The notes beneath the pieces were generated by a model. The model did not search any database. It was not told the DNA's origin and saw only the letters and a list, made by a program, of their open reading frames with translations. 64,000 nt of DNA from Octopus sinensis (taxonomy: Eukaryota): assembly GCF_006345805.1 (NCBI RefSeq), contig NC_042999.1, forward strand, positions 26,536,001 to 26,600,000, in the 5' to 3' direction. Numbering within the stretch: the stretch's first letter is position 1; every line of letters starts with the position of its first letter. The translations under genes were made by a program, and so were the position numbers. Positions 14,801-28,720 of this stretch are shown here, in pieces.

Positions 14801-14852
14801 ACGTAAGCGAACATTATAGGCTTATAGATGCATATATATTACTAATGGACAA

Positions 14853-15146
14853 TCCGTCCGTTACGATGGTGAGGTTTCCTGTTGATCCAATCAACGGAAC
14901 AGCCGGAATCTGAAATTAACTCCACAGACACGCGTACTCTTAACGTACTCTCCAGGGGAGATTCGGAGACACTGAATGTGACAAGGCCAGCCCTTTGAAT
15001 TACAGGTACATCTCATTTTTACCAACTGATTAAACTGGTCCAACTCAAAATAAACTGCCCTGTATAAGGACACAACGCGCCCTGGGATCGAACTCACGAC
15101 CTAACAATCACGAACCGACTAATATAATCACGAAGTTCCTTCACGC
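14853..15146 (-). mobile_element. tRNA-derived SINE (family C)
   Basis: Minus strand shows B box gagttcgatccc, then gcgttgtgtcctt...ttcaaagggctggccttgtcaca...ggctgttccgttgattggatcaac. Confidence 0.8.
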
Positions 15147-15149
15147 AAT

Positions 15150-15191
15150 ATCTATGTATCTGTCTATCTATCTATCTGTCTATCTAGCTAG

Positions 15192-15253
<62 letters not shown>

Positions 15254-15270
15254 CTCTATCTATCTATCTC

Positions 15271-15303
<33 letters not shown>

Positions 15304-15322
15304 ATATATATATATATATATA

Positions 15323-15358
<36 letters not shown>
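15150..15358. repeat. (CTAT)n/(TA)n compound microsatellite
   Basis: Seen directly. Confidence 0.95.
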
Positions 15359-16767
15359 ATAACTTAACATGGTTAAGCTTTTGCCAAACAATTGCAAACA
15401 TTAGATTTCGTTTGGTAAATAGAAAATACAAAAAAACTCGGAAGTTGAATGACTTCGGCTATGAGGTTTCAGAGTTGTGAAATGTGATGGAATTCGCAAG
15501 CACAAAATATTATGCCTCTCTTCCCGTAGTTTATAATCCATTGTTTATTTTTCTAAAAGAGATCAATTTCGTCGATCGGTGTTTTGCAATAATAAGGTAC
15601 CAAGAAGAACGTCATATCACTTGCAATGAATATGGTATTAATCAATAAATGTTAGTCACTAATTTACGTAAAATTTCGTGAAAACATTATTCTCAAAGAA
15701 ATATATATTATCAACATGGGGCCAATACTAATATGGAGAGGTAATATTTATCACCACTTAACGTGGATGTTCTGTTAGAACACACTATATTGCGGGAGAT
15801 ACCATGAGAGAAACTCTCACGTTAGCTCATGGTGCTACATGCATTATTGTTTATATCGCTAGTAGCAACATGAATCCATACCACCTGCAGCACCACATTT
15901 CTCAAAAAGCACATGTTAATATCTAAATATGTTTCATTAGGTTCTAGGTTATTCATGTAAAATTTACTATACTAAAAAGGCAAAGAAGTTGTTTACAGCT
16001 GATGAATTCCTTTTGCTCCCTATACTAAGTCCACTCTCCGGGGACAAGCTTTCTTCACTCAATTCTTTTTTCAAACAATTCTAAAAAGTTAAATTAGACT
16101 TCGCGAATCGTAGAATTATTTATTTTCATTGAGGAAGTTGGAAATGTAAATATTTATAACAAAATATAAAGATGGCAAAGCAATATCGGAAGTGATAATT
16201 ACGTATTACGATATGTTCACAAAATAGTAACACAGATTACTGACAACCTATTCCAGCAATAAGTTACCAAAGGATGCAGTGAAGTTTCGCGTTGACATGA
16301 TCGAGTGAAATTTTAGAGTGGACAAATCAATAAAAATCAGCATCATGAAGGTTCCAGAAGCTCGATAAATTTTTGCATAATGAATTTCATTGATGCAAAT
16401 AAAGATGTATAGATGCTGTATTACGTCGTCATTCTTATGGGTTCTTGGAATTTACGATATTCTATTACGTAGAAGACCCAACATTTCCCTGTAGAATTTA
16501 GACTAATTGTCTGCCTGGACGATCGCATTTTTTAGACAAACAAACTTGCTAACACACACTGGATCACCCTACCCCCGATCACACATAGACAGAACGGCGC
16601 ACGCGCATACACACAAGTACATGTATGAATGTACGTGTATATGCGTTGGATACAATGAAAATCAACGGTTATTTTAACAAAAAAAACATATGTTACCATA
16701 CTTGGTTAGTCAATTTGCATTCTGAGAGATAGTTGCAAATTATTGTGATGAAGCAACCAATTATTTC

Positions 16768-16925
16768 AGTACCAGTACTGAACTTATACCTATTACATCA
16801 ACCCCGGCAAAATGAAAAGCAAGGCTGACCCTGAATGGATTTGAGCTGCATCTGGGACTTAAAAGAGCCTGAGTAAATATCACTGGTATATACTGACCGT
16901 CACTCCTGCGATTCTGTAAATCCAA
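16768..16925 (-). mobile_element. Degraded family B SINE fragment
   Basis: aatgaaaagcaaggctgacc...ggatttgagct is similar to the SINE at 48508-48913. Confidence 0.5.
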
Positions 16926-17865
16926 CGTTTATTTCACTGGGAAATAATGAAAGGACATTCAGTTTTGAATAATGCTCTCAGAAAAAGAATTTTCTCCCTT
17001 TTGAGATATTAAAGTCTTGTGCAATGGTGGGATAAAACAAATGGCTTGGTATTTTGACATACCTTTTGGAGATTGAGATTTATTGCAGAGTATGTGATTA
17101 ATTGTACACAATTTGATATTACGTTGGAGAGAACACTATTAAAGTCCATTTGAAAAGATCAGATATGAATGCTGAAGGTGTTTCAATGTATATACAGTCA
17201 AATAATTTCGTCAGATATCTTTGATATATTTGATGTATATTCTGTTACATACGTTTGACCTAAGACTTCGAATGTCAGTGAACGAATTCATTATCTTTAC
17301 TATAGCGTGAACTGGCACTTGTACAGCATGTAGTGCATAGGAATCAGGCATTATAACTCCTTAAAACTAGAATCAATACATTTGATCATCCTTTAGGGGA
17401 ACTAACAGATCACGAAAACAACGTAATATTGATTAATTTGTCGCATTAATGCGTATTCTGAAACCGATATTTTTGCTAAACGCTTTATTATATTGCTCCG
17501 TTTGCAACGTTGTGTCATTTGCAAATATTACTCACGAAACAACTCAAGAATATTATCGGATTTTTACCCATGGCACATGTTCATGTAATTATGCAAACGC
17601 GAAATAATACTTGCGTGCACTTTAACGTCCAATAGCTGCCGCGTATTTCGATAAAATGGCAAGTTTTATATGGCCACACGCAATGCTAGTAATAACAGCC
17701 AAACTCCTTTCAAATAACTAACTCACAGCGTGTAGCAATAAACGATGCAGTGCCTGAAAATAAAAATATCAGGTGACCAGGTCATATGGAGCACATCTGA
17801 TCATGTCACAGGTCAGCTTCATTATCGGACACAGGCAGTAAATATATGAAAAACAAGTACTATCA

Positions 17866-17949
17866 ATACTGCTACTCTTACTACTACTTCTACAACTACT
17901 ACTACTGCTGCTGCTGCTGTTGTTGCTGCTGCCACTACTACTACTAATA

Positions 17950-18000
<51 letters not shown>

Positions 18001-18027
18001 GTAGTAGTAGTAGTAGTTACTAGCAGT
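17866..18027. repeat. (CTA/CTG)n followed by inverted (GTA)n
   Basis: Seen directly. Confidence 0.9.
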
Positions 18028-18029
18028 AT

Positions 18030-19310
18030 ATGGGGGACCACGTAGTGACCGGATGCTGGTTTGGGCGAGGAAAATACTGGGCTAAAACTTTCTCAAAATG
18101 ACGCCAACCCCATGTCCTAATCCTACCTCCTCGTGGTGCCAGCAGGAGCCTACGACTGCGGGTGTCTGGCGCTGAAGAACCAGGTCTCTCCGAGCAGATA
18201 GGTCTCGTTAACTAAGATCAGCAGCCTGTCTAGGAGAAGGACACTCCGATATAAAACATACGACTCGAGAACCTCTCTGTCAGATGGAAGATGTCACTGA
18301 AAGTCGCAGCTGCGAAACTGCAGGCTGGTGGTCACCTGGTATAGACCCGGAGACGACATCACTCCGCAGCATCCCGAACGACCAAGTTGTCTTATCTAGG
18401 AAGAACACTGCTTTCTCCACATGGCGAAAGGCCTAGAAAAGATGGCCTAAAGAAAGCTCGTCTCCTACACACCCAGTTGGCAAACCGTAGCCAACGGCCA
18501 TCCTCCAGTGGTCGAATAAGCACAAGTATAAAAAACGAAAGATTTCACACGACCTCCAATGGTTGCCAAGGGTTTAAAAATTGCATGCTGGAACGTCAGA
18601 ACCATTCTTGACTCAGGCGAGAGACGCCGTCTAAAACGCCGATTCGCTCTCATTGTTCACGAACTGTCCACGCTAGATATTGGCATCGCAGTCCCTAGTG
18701 AAGTCCAGCTCCCAAAGGAAGGCGACCTTAAAGAATATGGTGCCGGATGCACCCTGTATTGGTCACGCAAACCCCCATGAGAAAGACGCTTATCAAGTGT
18801 CGGCTTCATGATAAAGAATCCCATTGCCTCCAAACTGGAAACCCTACCAGCAGATCACTGTGACCGTATAATCTGCATGTGCCACCCTCTGAAAAAGCAA
18901 GCAGCATGCCACGATCTTCAGTGTTTATTCACCAACTTTCAAAGTAGACCCATCAGACAAGGACAAATTCTACTCTGGCCGATACGGACTCATCCAGGAA
19001 ACCCTGACGTTGATAAGGTCATAATACACCGGGAAATTTCAACGACAGTGTATGCTGAAATAGACCGAGAAAGGTTTACGAAGAGAAAGAAGAAGGATTG
19101 GTTTGACGTAAACAACGCATTGATCCAGGAATTACTAAAGAAGAAATCTGCCTACCAAGGACAACTGGTACAACCGTCTTGTCCAGGAAAGAAAGCGGCC
19201 TTTCGCCAAGCCTGCAACTTTCTGCAGCGCAAACTCTGTGAAGTTCAGAATGAGTGGCGGAGCTATCTCGCTCGAAGAACCCAGCTGCGCGTTAACTTTG
19301 GCGCCTACAG
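18030..19310 (+). mobile_element. RTE-clade LINE 5' half (5' UTR, AP endonuclease, internally deleted linker)
   Basis: LKIACWNVRTILDS..RRFALIVHELSTLDIGIA..SEVQLPKEGDLKE.GAG.TLYWS; GFMIKN..ASKLE..DRII; DWFD.NN..IQELL.KK; QRKL.E.QNEW. Confidence 0.9.
18054..18221 (+). ncRNA. HDV-like ribozyme fold in the RTE 5' UTR (probably degraded)
   Basis: P1 (T)GCTGGT 18054-18060 / GCCAGC(A) 18138-18144. P3 ACC/GGT. L3 TCCTCGT. P1.1 GG 18145-18146. P4 agccta/taggtct. J4/2 CTAA 18212-18215. P2 ctaatc/gatcag with one mismatch. Confidence 0.7.
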
Positions 19311-20888
19311 TGGTAGAGAATGTTATGTTTAAAATGACTGAGCAGAGATTACGAGAAGAAAGTGGATGACAGCTGCTATTTAGAGAAGAAAATGAGTGAC
19401 AGAATTGGAGGTGGAAGAGCTCACAAGAGAGCTGGAAAAGAAAGATCAGGCAGCAGGAAAGACAAACAACAACATAAGAGAAACAGCTCAGATAAAAGAA
19501 GAATCTAAAGGAAAAAATAATAATAGTGTTATCAATAAGGAAGGGACAACTGTGATTTAAGTGAGGATGATGAGAAAATTTTTAGATGAGTTACAGGAAG
19601 TAATGTATAAAGAAGAAAAAGATTGCTCGCATTAAAAGGCACCAATAGGAGGAAACTGCCAGAAATGACTGGGAAAGTAGATTCTGTTATCAGAATCTTT
19701 TTTATATATGCAGGATAGGTAGCAGTCGCTAGAAGATTTGATATCTCACAGGAAAAGCTTAAAACAGAACAAATGTTGAAAAGGGAACAAAATAAAGTTA
19801 ATACTTTAAGAGAAGATCTGAGTAGAATAGAAGACTGGAAACTGAACAAGTTAGGAAACACACGAGGCAAATCTTCCCTCGAGAAAAAACAATTAGTCAA
19901 AGAGAAAGGATTTGGGACAGTAATAGAAGAGTTGAAACAGCGTATCATAGCAGTAGTAGGCAAGCTCTCCAGATATCAGAAAAGAATTGATGATCAGCAT
20001 CAACAGAAGAGATTATTTGAGACAGACTAGAGGAGATTTTATAACCAAATAAATAGGGGAGAACGAAGTACTGTAGATGAGAAATCTAATGCAGAAGTTA
20101 GAAAGTTCTGGAGTAATATTTGGGATAAGTCAGTCAATCATAATTGAGATGCAGTATGGTTAAAGAAAGTGAGGGAAGAAATAAAGAGTAAGAAGTAGCC
20201 TGATCTAAGATTAACTGGTGCATTATTGAGTAAAGTGTTCGGAAAAATGCAAAATTGGGAGGACCCAGGACCAGATTTAGTTCAAGGGTGCTGCCTAAAT
20301 AAATTTAGTATTTTACGGGTGACGTTGAAGGAACAACTTCAGGATTGCCTTAATGAAAGAATAACACCAGATTGGATGACGAGAAAGAGAAAAATACTGC
20401 GTATGAAATATAAGAGCAAGGGTAATACAGGTATGAATAATAGACCAATCACTTGCTTAAATTTAGTGAGGAAGATGCTAACAGAAATGATTTCAGGAAG
20501 CATTTATGAGCACCTTCAGAGCCAGAAGTTACTGCCTCAAGAAAAGAAAGGTTGCAGGAAGAAGGCTTCAGGAACGCTTGATCTATTATATATAGACAAA
20601 GGAGTTCTAAACGAAGTAAAAGATAGAAAGAAGTAGCTAACAATAGCCTGGGTAGATTATAGAAAAGCTTAGGACATGATCCCACACTCATTGATAAGTA
20701 AGTGTTTGAATATATTCATTGTAGCAGAAACATAAGAGAATCAATTAGCTTCATCATGAAGAAATGTGGAGTAATACGCTCTTATATGACACACCTTTAG
20801 GGATAGATGATATCAAAACAGGAATTTTCCATGGCATCTTTTTGTTCCTTTTAATATTTATCTTATGTTTGATCTCCCTCCATTAGTT
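19311..20888 (+). mobile_element. R4/Dong-like non-LTR retrotransposon fragment (RT pseudogene)
   Basis: MTEQRL; VIEELKQRI.A...KLSRY; RLFETD; KFWSNIW; NW.DPGPD.VQG; PDWMT; RPITCL; QKGCRK-like; IAWVDYRKA.DMIPHS. Many stops. Confidence 0.9.
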
Positions 20889-20994
20889 TGATCATCCTAC
20901 ACTCATTATATTCAGTGTAGCACACAACATAAGTATTGTCATGAAAGAAAACTCCTTTCGTAAGTTTTCCTGAGTATTTGTTCTTATTGCTGGA

Positions 20995-21070
20995 TGAAAT
21001 ATTTTGTCTGTCGCTATGTTCCACGTTCAAATTCCGCCGACGTTGACTTTGTCTTTTATTCTTTCGAGAT
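20995..21070 (+). mobile_element. Family B SINE fragment
   Basis: gttcaaattccgccgacgttgactttgtcttttattctttcg matches the SINE core at 36577-36620. Confidence 0.65.
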
Positions 21071-21333
21071 GTGGCCCTTTTGATGATAGTCAGCAAACTC
21101 AACACTTTTTGCATCCCAAAAATCTGTAGCCATCGACTTCATTGTTGCTACAGTATGACTTATCTCTTTGGCGTTGACTGAAAGCGGTGAACTCAACACT
21201 CATCGTGACTTAGGGAACGTTCCAGGTAGCCAGCTGGATCTGCCTCCAACAATGTCAGATTTTCGTGTGATATGATCAGTTCGAGCTTTCATCGGGTGTA
21301 AGAAGACGTGGCATCCACCGAACAGAAATCTCC
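21071..21333 (-). mobile_element. Mariner transposase remnant
   Basis: Minus strand: SVRWMPRLLTP (WVPRLL motif); LERSLSHDEC.VH.F (first catalytic D); KSMATDFWDAKSV...DY.QKG. Confidence 0.75.
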
Positions 21334-21604
21334 ACTAGTTGCATTTGAATTTTTATTTTGTCTTGTCCGATGTCAGTTTAAATGGAAGAAAACTATGCAG
21401 TTACTAACAAGAATGTTTCAAATTAATGCATACGACATTTCACTGCCCTAGTATCACTCCTACAAAGTCAGTCTATGAACTTTTCAGCCCAGCCTCTTAT
21501 ACGGTGCATTCCCCCTTTATAATTTCAATACAAAAATACATTAACGGTCTCTCTCTTTCTATGTATATACATGCATACGTACATACATATACATATATAT
21601 ATAT

Positions 21605-21662
<58 letters not shown>

Positions 21663-22045
21663 TGCTTACACATTTGTATATATATGCACATATATTTATG
21701 TAACATGACGGTCCAACCATAAACCTACATTTAAAAGTAAATAAAACTGCTATTGCAAATGGCATATAAACAAAAAAGTTCAACAATGGTAGTAATATCA
21801 TCCGCTATAGGCAGATAATATGGGATAAAGTGATCCATAGATAGAAGCAAGCAAACATCTAAAGCTAAGGTTTTATTGAATATTTTTCATTTGAGAATAT
21901 TTCTCCAACATTTGTTTACGTATGCATCATGCTACTAATATTCTGTATATTAACGAATTTGATTGTATCCCTACGAAAGAGACCGATTCAAAAACGCTGA
22001 AAGACAGATAGAGAAAAACAACAGAAGAACCAGATTGGGCGAGTG

Positions 22046-22048
<3 letters not shown>

Positions 22049-22126
<78 letters not shown>
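22049..22126. repeat. (GA)n microsatellite
   Basis: Seen directly. Confidence 0.95.
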
Positions 22127-22131
<5 letters not shown>

Positions 22132-22580
22132 GTGATAGAAAGCGAGGTGAAAAGAAAGAGGGACAGGGTCGCTGTTTGAAGAAGCGTAAGATAAGTAGAT
22201 GAAATGGAAAAGATCGGTTCAGAATTGTGTGAAAAGATTTTGCTAATCGACCATAAAACATACTTCTCTAGAGGAATCATTTACAGGTTTAAGCATGGGC
22301 TATATTTACACTCATATACGTATATATTTTCCTGTACGTTATTTATAAAGTAAACTACAGTTTATATTAGATATTGCTTTCAATCACTCATGCACACACA
22401 AGCACACATACATGTATACATATAAATTTATACATAAATAACCACACACAAATATTTAGATATGTATGCATGAATGTAAGTATATCTTTCCAAGTTTCTC
22501 GCCTTCTCTCACTCTCCCACCTCCCTCTCTCTCTATATATATATGTGTGTATATATAAATATGTATATATATGTATGTAT

Positions 22581-22630
<50 letters not shown>

Positions 22631-22818
22631 TATATATGTATAATATATATACATACATATATATATGCATATATATACACATATATATACATATATTTAT
22701 ATGTGTGTATTTATATACCTACTTATATAAATACACACACACACACACAAACACCTACACACACGCACACACACACGCACACACCACACACATATATATA
22801 TATAATATATATATATAT

Positions 22819-22928
<110 letters not shown>

Positions 22929-23331
22929 CAGATACGCGCACACAATCGTGCCTGCATAAATATATATTGTAGAAAATCGGATAAGCTGTTACTGAAGTAA
23001 ATGGCTTGAGCCCGAGGCGATGCGAAAACTTTGATAGTTTAAATGGTACTAGATGTATGAATGTACAAATATATGTACATGTATCTTGAAGTGTGTGTTG
23101 GTATGCAGGTGCGAAGGGAAATGTATGCATCCGTATGTAACCATGCAAGACCGTCTGACACCATTGTGTGCAAGTAGGTTCTTTAGCGTTGCTTATACTT
23201 TATATTTATTCAACAATCTGCCTGTCATTCCCTAGATTCACAAGCATTTGCACTAAGAGATGAATATATATATAATATATATACACATAAATATCTGTAT
23301 GAGTACGTGCGTGGGCATGTATATATATATA

Positions 23332-23379
<48 letters not shown>

Positions 23380-23583
23380 TTATATATATATATATATATG
23401 TATATATAATCATCTAATTGTATATATCTATCGTTACTTTTCATAATAAAAGGTCTTTACCTTTCCTGAATTCCAATGTGCATTTTCGCTTATTTTTCTT
23501 CTTCCTTTTCCCTTACATTTCCACGTGCAGTTCCCATTTTGTTTTTGTAACATGTTTCTATTATATATATATATATATATATG

Positions 23584-23698
<115 letters not shown>

Positions 23699-25944
23699 TG
23701 CACATAAACATATATAGATGATAAATATAAATATTTGAAGCTGTATATAGAGTAAGAAATCAGTTAATGGAGAATTATGCCAAGCGAGATAATAAACATC
23801 TCCTTTTTTTTCTTTCAAAGTAATGTTTCTTTCAGTCATTTTTGTATTTAGTTCCATTCAATTCTTTTATTATTGGCATCAAATTTCGTTACTTTTGAAT
23901 TTGGATATAAAGGAGTATTGTCCCTGAAATACGTGAAGCATTTTCAGTAGCGAAACTTTCTGAATTATGTGTGTTGTATAAACATACATACACATACGCA
24001 ACATAGAAGGTGAGAAAACAAAGAAACATGCATTCTACACACACACACACACACGAATTTATATATAGGGTAAATATACATACAGTATGTTATCGAATTA
24101 CATTACTATTATTAATGTTGATATATACTGAAGATCTTTGACTTATTCGTGGTTGAACACAAAAATTATGAAGTCAATGAATCGACGGAAAGTGTCGAAG
24201 ACACATTAGCTTTATAAAGTAAGAAACAGTGATGCTACTACGTTGCAAGTGATCATCGCGCGTTAGGTTTCGTTAGCCGTTCGTCACTCCACTGTTACTT
24301 GCCGTCCGAAGAGATTGATACAATGCGGCGTGCTACGAATAAATACATGCATGCATGCACATACACACATACACACATACAGACACACACACATACATAT
24401 ATATATACATGCATGTATGTATAAAAACTGAATGCAGAGAGAAAGATGCACAGATGCAGTATATCTAATTATTAAACTGTTATGTAATGCCATAGTTACG
24501 TAATCGTATGTTTCATTCTTTTACCGGGGGAATATGAATATTCGTGGTTTTCCAATTATTCCTCCTTTTATAATTTCATGAGTATATATGTATAGTCTTT
24601 TAGATGATCTTGTTATATGAATATATTGCATTCAATAATTCTCAATTTATTAACTTACTTCGTAACAGGGGGAGATAATGAATAAGAATTCTTGGCTGAA
24701 GCAGTGAACGTAACAAGTCACGTATATTTTTAAATAAATAGTTGTAATAAATATAAATGCTATCAAAATTTAATAGGCTTTTTCATGAGGTTGCTATTTT
24801 TCAATGAATAAAGTATCTTTATTTATCTGCAGTTCTGATATTCCCTTCCTGTATTGTTTTAAAGAAAAAAACATATTACAAGTATTTCGTGATTCCTATC
24901 ATACGTTATGTATTCAGTGCAAGACATTTGTCTATGCCTTGGACATCATATTCCTTCTTTATGAAATGACATTCCTTTTCTTAATGTCACTTATGTTTAT
25001 CCAAATACAATTTTTTCTCATAATGAATAAATTATCACATGGATCAGGTGACCAGATGAACGAGTAAATTCCAACCATCACTCTCCTTTAAAAGCTATTT
25101 TGAACCATTCTATGTGCGTACAGATCTATCCACATAGACATTTTATTTCCACTTCCTCCTTTGGCAATATCCTTAGAGGCAGTCTCTGTGTCTGTATTGC
25201 TTTCCTGCTCGTTACCATCGACTCCGTCTTGTCGAGTCTCTCATCCTCGTCGCTACACCACGGAAGACGTTGAGACCATCGTTTGCTCTTCGATACTGAA
25301 GACGCATTGCTGCTTTTAATAATGCATGAAACAGCTTGCATAATGTTCCTTGCATAATATAGCTTGGTGCCTTTTGTGTATGCATAATGTAGTTTACTTC
25401 ACGCAGTCATAACAATTTTTCTTGGCTCTTATCTGTGTTTTCACAAGCAGTAGTCTTCACTGGAAGTCTTTGGTTGTCCAGAAATTTATGATATCGAGTA
25501 TATCTTACAGAAAATAGTAAATCTTCATTTGCTATTAGTGAAAGTAGCTTAACTTAGAATTGATGTCATCAGATGACATTCAACGATCATATATATGTTT
25601 ATATGTATGTATATACATATGTTTGATGACATCTATGTGTATGTGTGTGCGTATGTGTGCGCGTGTGTGTATGTTTACTTTATTGTTCCCTTAAGATAAC
25701 ATCAACAAAAAAGTATTCCATCTAGTAAGAGATGGATAACATTTAATGCACACAGAATAAAGATACGAGCTACAGATATTTTGTTTTCAATGGAAATCTG
25801 GAATTCCTAAATCGCTTATTCTTAGATCGCATTTTCTTTTTAGATTTAATACTTTAACTGCACTACTGAATCCCCATCCGATATTCCCAGAAAATATAAC
25901 AGATATATAGTAACAGATATATAGTAACAGATACTAACTGTATT

Positions 25945-26985
25945 TATCAAACAATGCTATTAGGATAAAAAATAATTCTTTCCTATAATGTTATTCAATA
26001 AAGCCACCTTCTGCTTCAACAACTGCTGCTATACGATATCTAAATCATCAACATGTTCGAATCAAGTGGTCCTTGTTCATTCTGGGCATTACTCTGACTA
26101 TGGCAGCTTTCAAAGAATCTTTGGTGTTAAGGGCATGTTCATTCACCTCTTCCGTAACAACGCTCCACATGTTATAGATCTGAGGAATTAGGAGTCGAAA
26201 TGTTAGGGGTTATGTGATCATGAAAATTTTCAGCTATCCATTCCTGTGCTACTAGAGCCATATGTGATAGTACAGAATCTTACTGAAACGTATATGGCCT
26301 TCTTTGCATACACTATCTATCCAGGGGATAACAATTATTTCCAGGACCTCAATGAAGGTAGCAGAGTTAACTCTAAGGCATTGTGGAAACAAGTAAGGAG
26401 GCATCACATGTCCTTCACTACTGGCAAACCCTAAAACCATGATAGTTCCAGGAAATTCTATATGCATAACGTTTGGAACTGAAGAAGGGTCTGCACATAA
26501 CCATCTGTCATTTTTTCTGTAAACCTTTAGATCTTGTTCGAAGTTTTTCTCGTTTGAGAAACACCAAATCAAATCTTCTGATGGATTTAGAATTTGTTTA
26601 AGGGCCTTTTTGATCTGATGTAGTGATTTTCTTTTGTTTTCTATGACAAATTGCCCTATCCTCATCATATAAGACTTCGTCGACGGATAACATTTCTGAC
26701 TGTTCGTTCTGATCAATGGAGATCTCATGTATTTTCTGGACCTTTAATCTGCTGAACTTGCTCGATAAATTCAGGTATTTTGTTGATTTCAAAGCACTTA
26801 GAATGCTTTTATGTCTTGATACTGATGATACGTTTCTATCTTCAGTCACTAGCTGCTTACAAACTTTGTAGACGAATATTAAAAATCGAGATACTCGGCA
26901 TTTATAACAACAAAAACAGCATGGCTCTTCATTTCTTGAGAGTCTGCCATATTTATTTTCTGGAACAAAGATTATACACACCAGT
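25945..26985 (-). mobile_element. IS630-Tc1-mariner element, maT/DD37D-like, degraded transposase
   Basis: FSNEKNFEQD.KVYRKNDRWLCADP..VP.VMH..FP.TIMVLG..SSEGHVMPP.LFPQ.LRVN...IEVL..IVIPWI; PNSSD; C-terminal EGGFIE* at about 25994. Termini not resolved. Confidence 0.85.
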
Positions 26986-27023
26986 GACACAAAAAAGGTA
27001 TATCCTCAAATACTTTACGCACA

Positions 27024-27142
<119 letters not shown>

Positions 27143-27187
27143 TCAATAAATGGTGGGGTTGTGTTGACCGCACGTGGAGAAATGATA

Positions 27188-28437
27188 AGTAAGGAAAAAT
27201 TTTTTTAAAAAAGCAGAATGCTCAAATGAAAGAAAATTTTAATAAAATGAGAAAATGATAAAATATATAAATATATATTTATTCAACCGGTTTTCGTCAT
27301 TGTATGACTTGTCAAGAATATTTATGTTTTAAGAAGTTATTTTAAAAATTAGAAAGGGGAAAAAAAGAAAATTGCATTGTTTTTTGTAAAAGAATAATGA
27401 TAAAAATGTACAAAAATAAAAAATAAGTTCTCCGATACATTGTGAGTTCGTTGTGTATCTAAATGCAATTGTCTATGCAGATTTATATTATTAGAAAATA
27501 ATATAAATAAAGTGTTAAAATCTGAAAGGGGAATATATAGAATTTAAACCCCAAATTCTATATATTCCCCTTCTACCAATGTAAAGACGGGATCACCACA
27601 CAGGAGAGAATTAACAAGGAGAATCTCTTTATTGAAAAATTCCAAACACAACTTAATATGCAAACTCCTCGTTGATCAAACTTCCTTTCTCTACCTCACT
27701 CTTCATGGATGGACTAACACAAATATATAAAGATACCATGCATTCATCACTTCAAGCTAAAACTTATATTCTTTAAATATCATTTTTACTATTGTTGTTA
27801 TTACTATCATTTTTATTATAAATGATATGACAATTTGAAATGCAATTGTCTATGCAGATGTATATTATTAGAAAATAATATAAATAAAGTGTTAAAATCT
27901 GAAAGTTAAGTTAACAAGCAATTATATAAAAAAGATAATGCAAATGAAGCTAAAATGATAGTTTTATAATTTGGGTTTTATTGAAGAACTCAAAAGAGTT
28001 GTCTCCCCTTACCCACAACACAGGAACTGAAGAACCAGGACCACAATTACTACTACTTCCTGTCCTGCAACATGCTGAATTTAACAACACAACACATCAC
28101 ATGCTCTTAATCCCTTTGGATCTTAACACCTCAAGGTAATTTTTTGGTAAACAACCATAAAACTCAAGATACACAACGAACTCACAATGTATCGGAGAAC
28201 TTATTTTTTAATTTTTGTACATTTTTATCATTATTCTTTACAAAAAACAATGCAATTTTCTTTTTTTCCCCTTTCTAATTTTTAAAATAACTTCTTAAAA
28301 CATAAATATTCTTGACAAGTCATACAATGACGAAAACCGGTTGAATAAATATATATTTATATTTTATCATTTTCTCATTTTATTAAAATATTCTTTCATT
28401 TGAGCATTCTGCTTTTTTAAAAAAAATTTTCCTTACT
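27188..28437 (+). mobile_element. 5'-truncated Neptune-like PLE with inverted terminal-repeat duplication, between TA tracts
   Basis: About 270-bp near-identical inverted repeats at 27188-27460 and 28167-28437. Endonuclease C-terminus NPKFYIFPFYQC...ERINKENLFIEKFQTQLN at about 27547-27675. HHR motif in each repeat. Confidence 0.8.
28307..28347 (+). ncRNA. Minimal type I hammerhead motif (variant core); inverted copy at 27280-27320
   Basis: TATTC-TTGACAA-GTCA tacaa TGAC-GAAA-ACCGG-TT-GAATA. The core differs from CUGANGA at two positions. Confidence 0.6.
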
Positions 28438-28439
28438 AT

Positions 28440-28484
<45 letters not shown>

Positions 28485-28529
28485 CAATAATAAATCTCTG
28501 AACGAGATGTAAACGTAACTGCACGAAAA

Positions 28530-28720
28530 TGTGAGGTATACTAGCCATCTCAATATGGCTAACCACTAAGGGTGGGTGTTACTGTAGCTTGTAGCCCCAG
28601 GAGAACATCGTCTCCAGAAAGTGTGCCTAAAGCCAGCTGGAGACGATTTTCTCCTGGGGCTACAAGCTACAGTAACACCCACCCTTAGTGGTTAGCCATA
28701 TTGAGATGGCTAGTATACCT

